Positions 39,630 through 60,560 of a stretch of DNA of 64,000 bases are shown here, piece after piece. Numbering within the stretch: the first letter of the stretch is position 1; every line of letters begins with the position of its first letter. The notes below the pieces were generated by a model. That model was not told the origin of the DNA, did no database searches, and saw only the letters and a program-made list of their open reading frames with translations. The DNA lies in assembly GCF_009914755.1 (NCBI RefSeq), contig NC_060936.1, one strand, 5' to 3'. The position numbers were made by a program, and so were the translations under genes. The stretch comes from the human T2T-CHM13v2.0 reference genome, Homo sapiens.

Positions 39630-39706
39630 CTCAAACAAGGGGAAAAACAGAAACTGGGCCAACTGCCAGCCCACTGGCCAGTCTCAGGCTTTGGATGGCA
39701 ACTTAC

Positions 39707-39823
39707 AAAACTGTAAGGTAGGAGCTTCTGCCAACTGGAGACCATACAGGATCAGTTCCAAGTTGGGGCACCCTGCCCAGATGGCACTGCTGACTCCAGC
39801 TAGTCTCGCTATCAGTGGGGAGA
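39707..39823 (-). pseudogene. Pseudo-exon A (phase 1->1)
   Basis: tcttctttctaag | SPLIARLAGVSSAIWAGCPNLELILYGLQLAEAPTLQF | gtaagt. Open frame; 77-nt intron to exon B. Confidence 0.6.
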
Positions 39824-39875
39824 CTTAGAAAGAAGATTTAGAAATTAGGAATTCACTCTAAAGAAGGGGTAGGTG

Positions 39876-39878
<3 letters not shown>

Positions 39879-39937
<59 letters not shown>

Positions 39938-39950
39938 TGTATGTGTATGT
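39879..39950. repeat. (TG)n microsatellite
   Basis: Direct reading; a MER58-like element follows to ~40145. Confidence 0.95.
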
Positions 39951-41069
39951 GCAGGGCCAGATAGTAAAGATTTTAGGCTTTCAGGCTCTATGGTCTTTTT
40001 TAAGGCTACTCAATTCTACTGTATAGAGGGAGAGCAGCCATAGGCCATATGGAAATGAATGGACATGGCTGAATTCTAATAAGCTTTATTTATCCAGGCA
40101 GCAAACTGGATTTGGCCCACTGGCTGAAATTTGCCAAACTTTGCTATAAATCATGCAGCAAAGGGCCCAGCCTTTACTTGCCTAGTAATGGTGAAATTAC
40201 AAGATAGGATGACAAGTGCATTTGTAATTTTGTTATATATGGCTAGATTCCCCACTATAGAGCTTTTATTCTGCTCTACCACCAGCAATTTTGTCTCCCT
40301 ACAGCCTTGCCAAGAGAATGTTTTATCCAGTTTTGAATTTTTGCCAATCTGATAGGTAAGTAGTATCTCAGTGTGATTTTAATTAGCATTTTTTTGAGTG
40401 GTATTAAATTTTTTTTTCTGTGAACCATCTCTCCTCTGGTTATTTTACTATTGGGTTGCTGGTATTTTTTCCCTTGATTTATAAAAGTTCTTTGTTTGCC
40501 AAGGAGATTAACCTTCAATATGTATTCTGCATTTGTTGGATAAAGTGTTCTACAGATGTCAATTAGGTCAAGGTGGATGAGAGTGTTCAAATGCTTGAGA
40601 TACCTAGTCGTCATTCAAGTAGAGTTGTCTGGCAGGTATTTGGAAATACAGATTTAAAACTCAGTTGAGAGGTTGGGACTAGACAGTTTTGGAATAATCA
40701 GTACAGATGATATTTATAACAATAAGATGGGTAAGATCACATCGGGAAAGAAAGTAGATAGAGAAGAGATGATAAAACTGAGCCCTAGAGCATTCCAACA
40801 TTTAGAGATTGAGAACAAGAGAAGCGACCAGCAAAACAAACTGAGAAGGGGCTTTTAGTAGGGTAAGGAAAGAAAGCGAAGGGCAGACTTTTGGAAGCAA
40901 AGTAAAGAAAATATTTCAAGATGGAAGGAGATTCTGTTAAATGACTTTAGAGATTAAATAAGGTAAGAATTCTTATTAGAAATTGATCATTGGATTTGGC
41001 AATGTGGAGGCTATTGGTGACTTTGACAGTGAAGATATGTTTTTGGTAAGGAAGTTTAAGAGGAAGAGA

Positions 41070-44000
41070 ATAATTTTGTATAAGAAAGAATCTTGAGTGG
41101 CATATTTTTGTCCTAACATCAAATGACTGGTTATTTAAGAAAGACGAAGTAGAGGACAAAGCAAAAAAGCTAAGCATATCGAGTGTCTGAGTAAATCATG
41201 ATAAGGTTTGTGAAGAATGAATTTATAAAAGCAATTTTTGTGTGATCATGTTGGTTACAATTAGAAGGGAATTATTTGTAAGTTTTTCTAAAGATTGAAC
41301 TTTGATATTAAAAATACACTAATACAAAATTAAATTTTTGGTCCCCTATGCTAGAATAGCCAGGTTTTCTCAAATTTTTGATCTGCTCTTAGCAAAAATT
41401 ACAAGACATTTTTATTTTTAATTCTAAAATCTGTTTCTTTAGCAGGCATTTTCTAAACTGTACAGTTTCTATTTCTGCCACATTTCTTCCTGACATTCAT
41501 TTAATGTCCCTAGTTTCAGGCTGAAAATGCTGTCTTCATTCAGGTTGGTAATTTCATTTAACAAGGTAGAGTTTTCCTGTTGAAGCTTCTCAGATCTATT
41601 TCTCAGAAGTTCGACTTTGGCTCTATCTTGCGACATGTGATTTGCAGGTCATAACATCTTGCCTCCTGTTCTTCTTTCTCTACTTGAGAAGGACTGAGAT
41701 GATCTCTCTCTCCTTCAACTTTTTTGTCATTCCTTAACTTTTTTCTCCAGCTCCAACTCTGTCGTTATAACCTGACAGTAAAATGCTTATCCTGAAGGCC
41801 TGGAAAATCAGTGTTTTCTTCTAGTATAACTTAATTCTGTTGGCTTTTCTTAATGTGTCTGAATTGTTCCATGTAACCAGGAAACTTCTGATGATGTTAG
41901 TAAGAGACATATATTCCCCTGCTCAAGGTACTAGTTTTCTTGTTTATATTTCTCTATAATATGGTATACATTCATAACCTTGGGCACACTCTTCCTGTGT
42001 CTGATTAAGTTCAAGTACCCTTTCATGAGGTTTGACTTCCAGATTATCTAAATAGGCTTCCCATAAGGAGAAGCAGTTACACTGGAGGAGGTTTTTATTT
42101 TTGGTAACTGGCCTAAAAAGCAAATATTTTATATTTACCAAGATAATTTCCTGTTGTTATCTTTATTTTTATTATTATGTAGAAAAATTGAGCTTTGAAA
42201 AAGTTGCTTTTTTTTTTTACATTTATGAAACTTTATTGCTTTTGAAGTCTTTGGATTATCACTCTGGTTAAATGAATGGCTATTATTTCACAGTGACCTG
42301 CGATCCTGTTTTGATCAAGTATTTTGAACTTTTTGGCATCTTTGGCAGGCTTCTCCAGGATCAACATTCTAAATTAAATCTTTTTGACCTAGAATTAACT
42401 TCAGGATTTTCCATGTGGGCCACTGGAGAGCCTCAAAGGATGTATCTTTCATCTTGTAGAGATATTAAGTGACTAGGCTTGTTTGTACGGGAAGTATTGT
42501 CAAATGATAAGTGATGCTAGGTTTTCTTTCAGTTACATTTATGGGTATGTTATTGATATGAATGTCCCCAACTGTACAAAACTCTTAGAAATCTAATATC
42601 TTATTGGCCATAATTCTGGTTATTATATTGTATGCCATAAAATAACCAAATTTCCTTGTCAATTGCTGATTGTAATGAATCAAAGTCAGATTCTTAACCA
42701 TGGCTATTTTAAGTCTCTGTCATTCACAATTATTGTTTTGATTTTTCTCCAAAAGCATTTGCAATTAGTTTCATGAAAAATACTCTAACAACTACTCTTA
42801 AATACAGGTTTCTAATAACTGTAAGATCAATGGACTACATAAAAAATTTTCAAAAATTTAATGAAGAAACTGATGGGTTCATAAAACAGATAAGATCAAG
42901 CAAAACAAAAATTAATTACATGAGATTAAGTAACTGATGAAGATGTTTTTATGTTTATTTGAAACATTATTGGTTCTTAAATGTTTTATTTTCCAGATTG
43001 AAGGAACTTTTTTTTTCTTAGTTATCCATAGTTTACAGAAATTTGGTAAAGTGTACTCGTGTGAACAAAGATGGAAGCAATTGCTTTTCTACCTACTTGA
43101 TGCCTCCAAAATGTGGGAACTATTCATGGTTATTTGCATAAATTCAGTAAAAATCTGCTTTCTATAACTGGATACAATGAAAATACTGGTTATATTACCA
43201 AGGCTTTGAGTGAAATAGATTGGAGAATATGCATAGAATACCTGACTTCAAGGGTTCTCAGCCTTACGGTGAATAAAAACTCACTTCCTGGCAGGCTCAG
43301 GAGCCTTAGGACTGTAGGTAACATCTAAAGTCTTCCTTAGTTTGGTTTCCTAGCCTCAAGAGGTTTTTAAATCTGAGATTCCTGTGTGATCAACATAGGC
43401 AGAAATAGTTATATTTATAAAGAAAAAGCTATAATACATCTGCTATTAGATTATAGCTCTGTGCATTGTTTTCAGGTTCTTATTTACCTATAGAGTAGAC
43501 TAGATCCTGAATTCTTTTATATTCCTTTAATCCAACTTTCTTCCATGGAATTACTAAAAACAGGAACTGCTCTGTTCCTAAATCTCTATAAGCTGAAATG
43601 ATAAATTTTAAGGAACAAGTCTTGTGCCTGATGTATGAGCCACACAAAGAGTTCACCAAACTGCCTAATGCCATAACCAGAGACATTCAAACTGCAAACA
43701 GGATAAGAAATTGACATTTTCATGCTGTAGACAGCTTTTCCCAAGATATTGGCACAAGACTCTATATCATAACAAGACCCTGACCTCCCTTACTGCTACC
43801 TTTTTCACTTGGCTGGATAATGGTGTAAATTTCTTAATCAGTAGCTTCTGCCAGTAACTAGACAGAAACTAATCTAAAAGATTCCTTAGCCCACTTATTG
43901 GGTGACTTTGGCAACATCCTTAATACAATTGGTGCTCACCTTTTGCTTTAATTCAACCCAGTCATGGGATACTAGATGATAAATAGCTCTATATTATTTA

Positions 44001-44595
44001 CTGGCTAAATAAGAAAATTTCTGTGCTATTGCAAATATTGCATGCTGTACCCGGATAAATCCCTCTGGGAAAGTTGAAACCCATATAAGCAAAATAAAAA
44101 CATAGCCACATGGTTACAACAGGTCTTACCTAATTCCCTATGGTCATTTGTTTCATTCAAATAGTTGTCTTTAAGCCTAGATTCACAGCTCAAAACCATT
44201 ATGCAAACAGGGATTTTCAAATTACTATTATTTCCTTTTTAAAGTTTGCACTATTACTTGTTAAATTTTTGCAGAAGTAGAACTCCTAACAGAACAATGC
44301 TGGCCCAGCACTTTGAGATAACAGCAAACGACTATGGAACAGAAAAAATTGAACTTAATAATGGACTCCAGGTAGACTTAGCCTGAGATCCACTCCCTTC
44401 AAACCTCCCTTGTTGCTCAAACGTGGATAATAGGGTTTTGACACGGACTCCTAGCCACCATTCACTTTCTCTAACATAGGACCAGATCAGCAACCCAGGA
44501 CGGGCCCATCCTGGCATCAGGAGCTATCAACACCTGAATACAGGATGATTGGTCAGTGATGCTTTTGGAGAAATATCTTGATCAAAAGGGGGAAA
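41070..44595 (+). mobile_element. ERV1 internal region (MER34/MER4-group-like), 5' part missing
   Basis: env TM remnant with CX6CC at 44022-44048; polypurine tract AAAAGGGGGAAA at 44584-44595. Confidence 0.8.
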
Positions 44596-45046
44596 TGTGA
44601 AACTTGTCAGAAACATAATGGAGTCACTTGTGTTAATAAAACTCTGACAAATAGAGCCAGAGAAGGCCATGAAGAAAGGTTTCTCATGCATAAATGCCCA
44701 GTAACAAAAACCATCACAAAAGACTCTGCAAAAACCACAACCTTGTACAATGGCCATTGCAACCTTACACACAAAAAATACTTCTGTGAGAATATCCGCC
44801 CAGCAAACACCTGTTCAACCTCAGACTGGCGTTATGCTTGCTGTCGATCCTTGTAGCCAAGGATAATTATCTCAAAATAATTTGTAATCCTTCTTTAAAA
44901 ACCTCCTCCTTCCTTTACCTCCCTGAATATGCAGGTAGTTCATATGCAGTGGGAACACTGTGGCACGTGTATTCCCATTGCAATGCCTATTCCTGAATAT
45001 CATTTTCTTTTAGAAACCTTCTCTCTGTTTACTATTTAGGTTGACA
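44596..45046 (+). mobile_element. 3' LTR (MER34-like)
   Basis: TGTGAAACTTGTCAGA...TATTTAGGTTGACA directly after the PPT. Confidence 0.85.
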
Positions 45047-45409
45047 ACAAGTTTGCTTTCAGTAAAGTGCTGGGGACAAAGACCTGTCTCTCAGAAAGTA
45101 AAGTCATTAGAGAAACAGAGTAGGTTGCTGGGCAGTTGGGGGTTAACTTGATGTCTGAGGTTATAAATTTAAAGATCTGTCAGAGGAGTTGTGTGTTTTT
45201 CATGAGCCATATTGAGCACTCAGGTACAGGCAAAACACAGAGAGCTGTCTTTATCCAGAGTTTGTATTCTGTCCTGCCAGCATGAGAGAGGCAGTTGCAG
45301 ATGTATGGACTGATGAACCAAGCAATGTAAGCTGGATAATGAGAGGAGTGAAGAAATGAGGAGAGTATTTGACAGTCAAAAAGTAGTAAAGCAATGCATT
45401 GGAGGTCTA

Positions 45410-48762
<3,353 letters not shown>

Positions 48763-48948
48763 TTAGTCTCCAACATCTCCATCTCGATCTCCAATAAGCC
48801 AAAGAAAATGAAAACTTAAGGCTAACAGAGCTGTCCCGAGCAGATCACCCAATGCTGTTAGGTAGGGGATGGAGAAACTATCCGGGTCCTTTCCTTTCCT
48901 CCAGAAGTGATGGACCATCCAGTCAGCAATCCACAGCAAGGTAAATAC
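48763..48948 (-). CDS. SLC41A2: SLC41A2 (MgtE-like Mg2+ transporter), last coding exon
   Basis: Minus strand: acceptor tctctgttgttctcttctag, then [61 protein letters not shown] with the SLC41/MgtE DPD...[11 protein letters not shown] motif. Confidence 0.97.
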   Translation of the reverse strand, partial: VFTLLWIADWMVHHFWRKGKDPDSFSIPYLTALGDLLGTALLALSFHFLWLIGDRDGDVGD

Positions 48949-49657
48949 CTAGAAGAGAACAACAGAGATTACTCCGGCTGCCTGGACATTCCTAGCCCAT
49001 GAAACATGGCCACAAGCCTAAACCACTGGCTTCTGGAAGGGACCGTATGTGTCTAAGTCAAGAACCATGCTTGAAAATAAGAAATACTTAGATGACAAGA
49101 ATACTTTCATTTCACAAGAAAAAAAACAGCATGTATGTTTACAGGTACTAAAATTTTTCTTCAACTTTTCATATAGATCTCATTCTAGCCTCCCAATAGC
49201 CATAATAATTTGGATATTTTAATAGCACTGTACAGTTTCCAAAAGACTGTTTTTCTATGTGATAAACCTGTGAAAAAGGAAGACATTATGAAGAAGGAAA
49301 TAAAAATTTAAATAAGGAATTATTTAACAGTCTCCTGCTGCAGGTATATCAAATAAAGATGGAAAACTGACCATTCGTTTACTAATTATAAGGCCATTTT
49401 TGACTTGTCAAGGAAAATTTCAGTGCAGTAGTAAGACCAATAACTAGAAGGTAAATGCATTTAGAAATGGCTCATCTATGTAGTTATAGATAGATATATA
49501 CATAAAATGGAAATATTTTAAAAGATTATTCAAACATGAAGATGCTGTATATAAATATTTTCTAGAATATCAGGAATATAAAGACTTTTGTGAAGCTTTG
49601 AATTTTGGGACCAGATAAATGTTTTTTTCTTTGATCCACCTAGAGTAGGGGGATTTT

Positions 49658-52513
<2,856 letters not shown>

Positions 52514-55500
52514 TTTTAAATTTTCAAACCCCTGAAGCAGCAAAATAAATTTGGGACTAGAAAGGATAATGTTCATGGTTTTGGACAAGTTGGCAAGTAT
52601 AGCACAGTGGTTAAAAGCACTTCTTTACAGCCCTTCTCTATTGTCTACTAGCTGACTGAAGGCAAGTTACTCAACCTTTCTGACTCTATATATCCAAATG
52701 AACATTAAAATGGTACTTACCTTGTAAGAATGTTCTGAGGATTAAATAATATACTAAATAATTCAGTGCCTGGCACACAATAAACTTTCAATAAATGTCT
52801 GTTATTAGTCTATTTTAACAGGATTATTCTTATTACTATTTGTGGCCCCTGGTATGTGCAGGAGGAAGCCCACCCCAGGTCCACGGTCTAGGCCAAGAGA
52901 CCTTTCACTAACCTGGCAAGTAGGCCGTGGGTGTGAGGCATTTGCCTTGGGACCCAAACTGCTGTGTGCTATCATTTTAGCTCTAACACCTTTACCAGGA
53001 AGGAGAGTGGCTTGTCCAAACGTAGGAAGACATGTACCTATTCCAAAGGCATGAATTTTACATGCCTTTGGACATCTGTCAGAGAGAGGTTGTACTTTAA
53101 GCCCTATTGTCTTTTCCATGTGGTCAATTCTTCATTAGTGTTTCACTGGTAGAGACTGTTTTGGAATCATATAAAGTTTTGCTAGGACAATGTGTTTTGG
53201 GTATGGAGGAAGCATGAAATATTAGAAAGAATCCTGGAGTGGGAAGTTGTAAAATCTGGATTTGATTTTCAGTTCTGCCTTTGGGTAAATTTCTTACCAC
53301 TCTGAGCCTAGTATTCTCATTTGAAGAAAATATGGGGCCTAATATCTGCCAAACTTACTTCGAAATAATAAGAGCCTTGGTTTGGGGGATGAAAGGAAAG
53401 GCAAAAAGGCAGCATGATGTCAAGTTCTATCACTAAAAGCATAGTGCACAGACTGAGAGAAAGAGAGTCATCCCATGGGACCCCCCCAGTGAGCCAGGCC
53501 ACATCTAGGCTCTGTTTTGGATGCCCTATTTTCAGAGAAACTGGTTCACACCTGCGTCTTCAGTACCTAGCAAAGTGACTAACTTAAAAAGTAGACAACA
53601 TCTGATTGACGGAATGCAAATCAGCTTGAGACAGTGTCATATAGGAGATTCCTATGAGAATAAGAATTGTTTGTCCTGGGCAAGGAGGGTAGGAGATGTG
53701 AACTTAAGACAAAGATTATCATGTCAGCAGACGCTAGGTATATAATATGTTGCTTCAGAGAGTAGAGTGTTAGGTTAAGGAAGAAAAGACCAAAAGCAGA
53801 ACTTAAAAAAAATTTGGCTATCTATAAATAGAACAAGTTATGCAGTAAACTCAAAATTACTGAAGTATATGGAGGTAAATTTACCTTCTGTATGGAGGTA
53901 AATTTGCTGATTGAATAAGTAATGTATACAGGAGGAAACAATAGCTTTTAAAAGAATGAGGGTAGCTAATTTCTCTGGGATTAGCAAGAAAAATAAATGA
54001 ATAAATTTATATTACATATTATAATATTACATGTTTACATATTAACAATGTGTTAAATACATACTTATATACACAGATTTATATATTATATGATACATAC
54101 ACCATTTAGTAATTTATTGTATAATATTTGCCCTGAATGATTTTTCTAGAGTAAGGTTGGCAAACTACAGCCCATGGGCCAAATTCAGTCTGCCACCTAT
54201 TTTTGTAAATAACGTTTTATTGGAACGCAACTCAACCCATTGTTTACTTATTGCCTATTTAGCCGATTATTCCTTGCCACATTCTCAGGAAGTAGGTAGG
54301 TTTACTATTCCTAATGTTCATTTGGAGAAATTGAGTCGGAGAGGTTAAGTGGCTATGTAGTTGTCACAGAGAGCATATGGTCCACTAATCCTCTGACATA
54401 TAAAAAAAGCTAAGGCAAAGTCCAAGAAACCTGCCCACGATCACACAGCTTGCAGGTGGAGTCAGGCTCAAATTCACAGAGTCCAACACTAAAGCCCATG
54501 CTCTCAACCATCACTACAGTACCTTGTTTTAGTAAAAATAGAACTTTACATTGATGAGAGCGTAAACTGGTACAACTACTTTGGAGAACAATTTGGTAAT
54601 ATCTATTAAATGTGAAAATGTGTATCTCCTTAGTTCAGCAATCCTACATAGAAATAATGATTTTTTTTTCCTGTGCCACTGGGGAAAAATAAAATTGTTC
54701 ATGGCCAAAGGATACTAGCTCAGGGGCTCTGCTGACTCTAGGTCTTCCTGTTGCTACCCTAAGGACTGAGAAGACCAGTATCTTGGTGTACTTATGGAAA
54801 CCATACAGAGAAATTCTTATACAAGCATACTGAGAGATGTGCAAGAATATTCACCACGTCTGTTGTAAGAGCAAAAAATTGTATCTATTGACACAGAATG
54901 GCTAAATTCACTGTTAAGTCACACAATTGAACACTATATAGAAGCAAAAATAAATGAAAATGAACTATATAAATCAACATGAATATATCTCAAAAGCACA
55001 AGACTATGCATATCATTTTAATAAAGTGTATAAGTATAAAACTATGTTGTTTATAGATATATACATTTGTAGCAATAGTATAATAAATAGTTTAGTATAA
55101 TGGCAAGAATAGATGCCAATTTAGAATGCTGATAACTGTTAGGGAGGGATGAAATGAGCACAAGAAGGGATAAACAGGAGTTACCAACCATATATATGAT
55201 GCATTTTTATTTATTTTGAAATATTTGCTTCGGATCATTGATAAAGCTGAGTGGTAAATACATTGTTATCTTATTTCCTATTACTTCCTGTATGTTTATA
55301 TTTCATAATTTTAAAAAATGTAAACCATTGTGTTAATGGTAACTCACTGACCAGGGCCGCATGAGCTACAACTTAGAATATCTACTGAGAGGGACACATG
55401 AGAAAAGAAGTCAGTATGTCCTGTAGAATCCACGAAAGGTTTGGACTTGGAAGTATTAGATGGTGCTGAGGCTGAAAGCAAGGCTAAGGCCAAAAGATTA

Positions 55501-56440
55501 CTTACATGTCTGTGTGTAGAGCTAGCTCCACATTCACCATTTCTGCAAACTGTCCTCTCCATGTAGGAAAATAGAAGGATGTTTTCTGGAGAAACTGAGT
55601 GGTAGAGATGCAGGACTCAAGGACACTAGAAACTATGAGGTACTAGCTGAGAATCAGGGATAATTGAGAGTCTGCATACCTAACCAGAGGATTCCTCTAG
55701 ACTTGTATTTTGTTCTGAGAACAGTGGCAGGCAGGAGGATGACCTCCAGAGAGGAGAGCAGATGCTCACATTTGGAGGCCCCCAGTTAAATGGTCAGTCC
55801 CCATGTCCTTTAATAGTAAAGCATCCAGTGAACAGCCCACCCCTACTTCCATGTTACTTAACCTCTCCATGTCTCAGTCTCCTCCCCGTTCAAGACAGAG
55901 ATGTGATGTGAATGTTAAATAATGCAGAATGGTTAGAACAGTGTTTGGCACATTGGAAGAACTTAAAAAATTTGCTATGATTTTTAAAAACAGGTTATTT
56001 ATGAAGAAATAAGAATCTGATTTTTTTCAACAGCAATACTGGGAGACAAGGAGTAACATCTTCAAAATCCTGAGAGTGAAATATTTCCAATCTATACATC
56101 TGTGCCCAATTTATCAGTCAAGTGTTGAGAGTAAATGAAAGGCCTTTTAAGTAATGCATGCACTCAGAAAATATTTCTCCCATGTTCTCTTTCTTTGGAA
56201 CTATCTAGAAAATGTGTTGAAGCAAAATGAGGGCTTGAACCGAGAGAAAAATGGGATTCAGGAAATGGAAGAGGCAACATAACAGAGCAGTGAGAGAAGG
56301 TTCCAGGATGACAGCTGTGCAGTGGCCCGGGGCACCAAAGCCAGACCAGGAAGGTGGAATGCTCTGGATACCAGGTCTCCATGATAAAGGCAAGTGGGCA
56401 AATTATCTGATATAATAAACTTTTGAGGGGCAAAACACTA

Positions 56441-56834
<394 letters not shown>

Positions 56835-57244
56835 CTATGCAAGTGGAAAAATATGGTAATGATCTCCAGAAGAAAATTAAAAAGAGATAAAGGGAAAGAA
56901 AATAGAATACACTACATGGCTCTGTGAGAAATGACATTTATAAGTCATAGTAATAAAACAATTTATTAAAAAAAGATTGAGCATTACTACACTAGGAGGA
57001 TGGAAGGTGGGGAAATAAGGCACAGGGCAAGGTAGCAAAATCCTCGTCTATGACAACTAGAAGTCAATAGATAATTTCTCAAGTTAATAAAGCAAAATTA
57101 GCAATCCAAACAAAATATAGGGATAAATAACAAAATAAATAGCTAAAGGAGCTCTGGAGGACTATTTAGTAGTTAAAGAGTTTTACACAAACACACACAC
57201 AGAATTTAAATATATATGTATATATCCATATAAATACAAATGGG

Positions 57245-57546
57245 TTTTTTGTTTTGTTTTGTTTGAGATAGAGTCTCGTTCTGTTGTCCAGGCTAGAGTA
57301 CCGTGGCATAATCTCAACTCACTGCAACCTCTGTTTCCCAGGTTCAAGTGATTCTCCTGCCTCAGCCTCCTGAGTAGCTAGGACTACAGGTGCGCACCAC
57401 CACACCCGGCTAATTTTTGTATTTTTCATAGACATGGGGCTTCACCATGTTGGCCAGGCTGGTCTCGAACTCCTGACCTCAGGTGATCTGCCCACCTTGG
57501 CCTCCCAAAGTGCTGGGATTACAGGCTTGAGCCTCCGCACCCAGTC
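57245..57546 (-). mobile_element. AluSx-like
   Basis: Full dimer. Confidence 0.95.
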
Positions 57547-57732
57547 ACAACTGGCTGTTAAAAAATTGAAATAGAATAGAATGGACTAGAATAGAAAGTA
57601 GCATGTGTAACACACTGTAAGGGTATTTCGTAAAACTTTTAGCTATGAATTTACACATATTTATGTATGTATATGTTTCAGAATAAACATATTTCTTACA
57701 AGTGCTGTGGTCAAAACATATGAAATCTACTC

Positions 57733-58020
<288 letters not shown>

Positions 58021-60420
58021 ACTACTCATCTTACAGATACTTCTTACATGTTAGGTTGTAGGGATCTAATGTGTCAATCCCCGAAAGAAGAAAACCATGT
58101 CTTCTTTCTGTTTGATCCCTTGGTTTCTAGCAAAATACTTATACATGACAAATGAAACAAATGTTTGCTATTGAAGAAGCTCTATCACTGAATAACTGTT
58201 ACTGTCTACAAGTGAAAAAAAAAACTCTCCAAGTCTTAGTTTCCTCATCTGTACAATGAGGTTATCATTACCTACCTGATGGACTGATTGCCAAAATTAA
58301 ACAAGATAATATAGGTAAAGGGCTAAGCAAATGCTTGGTTTATAGTAAGTACTAAGTAAATATTGGTGCCATCATCACTAATACATCAATTATTACACTG
58401 TCTCAGAATTTATGGACTTTATTTAAAAGATTGTTGGAATAGAAGTCTGGTTTCTAACACTAACCAGTTATATTTGTCACTTCTCTGATCCCTCAGTCTT
58501 TAAAACGAATAAATTTATGTCTTCATAGTCTGTTCTAGCTCTAAATTATAGAGCTAAGAAATTTCATTGTCAACTATGCAGAAATTGCTCTATTCACCTT
58601 TGTGATATTCCCTCTCTGCCTTTGCACATTCTCATTCCATTTATTGGATTTACTTATACAATATGAATAAAGTTTTCTTCCCGTGCAATTTATTTTTAAA
58701 GGTATTGTGATGACATAGTTCAAGCGGGTTTAAATTTATTCGTTTTTTGCAAGTCAGCAAAAGATATCTGTTTCCTTGGAACTCTGTGTGTAATAAATTA
58801 TTAAAATGACAATAAGTAGCAGACACTTCTTAAATGCAACATTTTTTGTTTTAAAGCTGAATGATAATTTAAGGAATGCAGGCTTTTCCTTGGGAAAGCA
58901 CACTGAACACACCAAGGGTAGACTGTGTTTTTATATCATCTGTTTGTTCTTTATGAAATATGCATAACCTCTCTAGGTAAATATGCCTTTTGAAAAGGCA
59001 ACTTTGTAACCTCAGCTAATTATGCATGTTCTAAATATATTTCTTGGAATTTAAATAAATATATAAAGTACAAAATATATATATTTGCTTTGGATGATAT
59101 TGATTCCTTCAGCCAGCTCCTTCTTTGAGCTAGAATCAACATTCCCTTGTGTTAGCATCCCCTTAATGCCTCAACTGCCAATAAACACCTTGTATATAGT
59201 GTGAAGAAAGATGATTTCTTTGGGAGAGGAAGGCTTAGAAATATGATACAAATAAACCCGAGAAGTAGCAAATTAATACAGTTCTTCCTAACCCCTAGCT
59301 TTACAAAGGTTGAATTCATGTCCCCTACAAAAATATGCTTCCCTAATCCAGGTTTCCAGGCTGGAAACCCTACTCATTAAAATCTAATATAAATCTAATA
59401 AATATTTAAATGTCTGCTAAGAATAATTTAGCATTATCAATCAACAGGAATTCAGTCTACTTCTTTTATATTCAGATATAAGCATCTTTTCTTTGGCTTG
59501 AACTATTTTGTTGGGTGGCAGGTGGGGGAAGGTGGGAAATAAATGGTGTCGCTGAAAAGAAAACTAATGTTTGATCACCTACCTTTTTTCCTCCTGGGTA
59601 CTATGGTGGGTATTATTATCTCTATTTTCAGAAGAGAAAATTTAGATGCAGAAAGGTGAAGTGGTTGCCCGGTAACACAGCTAGCAAGTGGTAGAGTCAA
59701 ACCCAGGTCTGTTTGATTCCAAAGCCCACACTGCTTCTCCCATACCACATTACCCCTGCTGGGCACTGACTGGGGGCAGCCAGAAAGGAGAACGAAGTGT
59801 TTCTACTTGTAGATACGAAAAAACAAAAATAGAAACACAACCCAAAAAACAAGAACACAAAAAAAGACCAAGATGAAACTTCCATTTTTAGCAGCATTAT
59901 AAACAAAATACCCCAAATGACCTACCAACAGAAAACGATGTAAAATGTTCAATAAAATACAAAAACTATCTTTTAAAGTGCATCACTGAGCTGGCACGAA
60001 GGAAAGGAATCCTTGGAGGCCCAAAACAAAGGGAAACAGCATGCCAGGGTAAGACTCTGAGGATCCTGAGCAGGCGGCTGCCCTGGGCCACTTGTGCCCT
60101 CTGCCTCTCCAGGGGACATGGAGGCATCCTCTGCTGGTTTTGATGGTGGCACAGGGCACAGCAGACAGGAGACAAAAGCAAGGCCTGTCTCAGGTAGAGA
60201 GTCTAATAAAAGAAGATTTTCACATAAAATAAAAAGCTGCACCTCTGAATAAGAAATAAACCAGCCCCCACAGAAGGAGCAGGAAAGAAACTTATCTGAC
60301 TGTGGTACTAACATGGTGGGAAAAAAGTCTCCCCTAAAAATTTACAACCACAATGTGACCCTTACATGGATTTGCGCAGGATCCAACTACCTATGTGGTC
60401 TAACAATCCCAAATTGAGGA

Positions 60421-60560
60421 CAGTTGTCCCTCGGTATCCATAGGGGAGGATTGGTTGCAGGACCCCCCTCCCGCAAGGATACCAAAATCCAAGGATACTC
60501 AAGTCCTTTACATAAAATGGTGTAGTATTTGTATATAACGTATGCATATCTTCCCATATA
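60421..60560. mobile_element. MER2 half element
   Basis: CAGTTGTCCCTCGGTATCC terminal sequence. Confidence 0.85.

Noticed and set aside
53868-53905. 15-bp direct repeat with the 14-bp palindrome AGGTAAATTTACCT (similar micro-duplications at 19257-19290 and ~16737-16758)
   Set aside because: Typical slippage micro-duplications with only two copies; not an array and not CRISPR-like.
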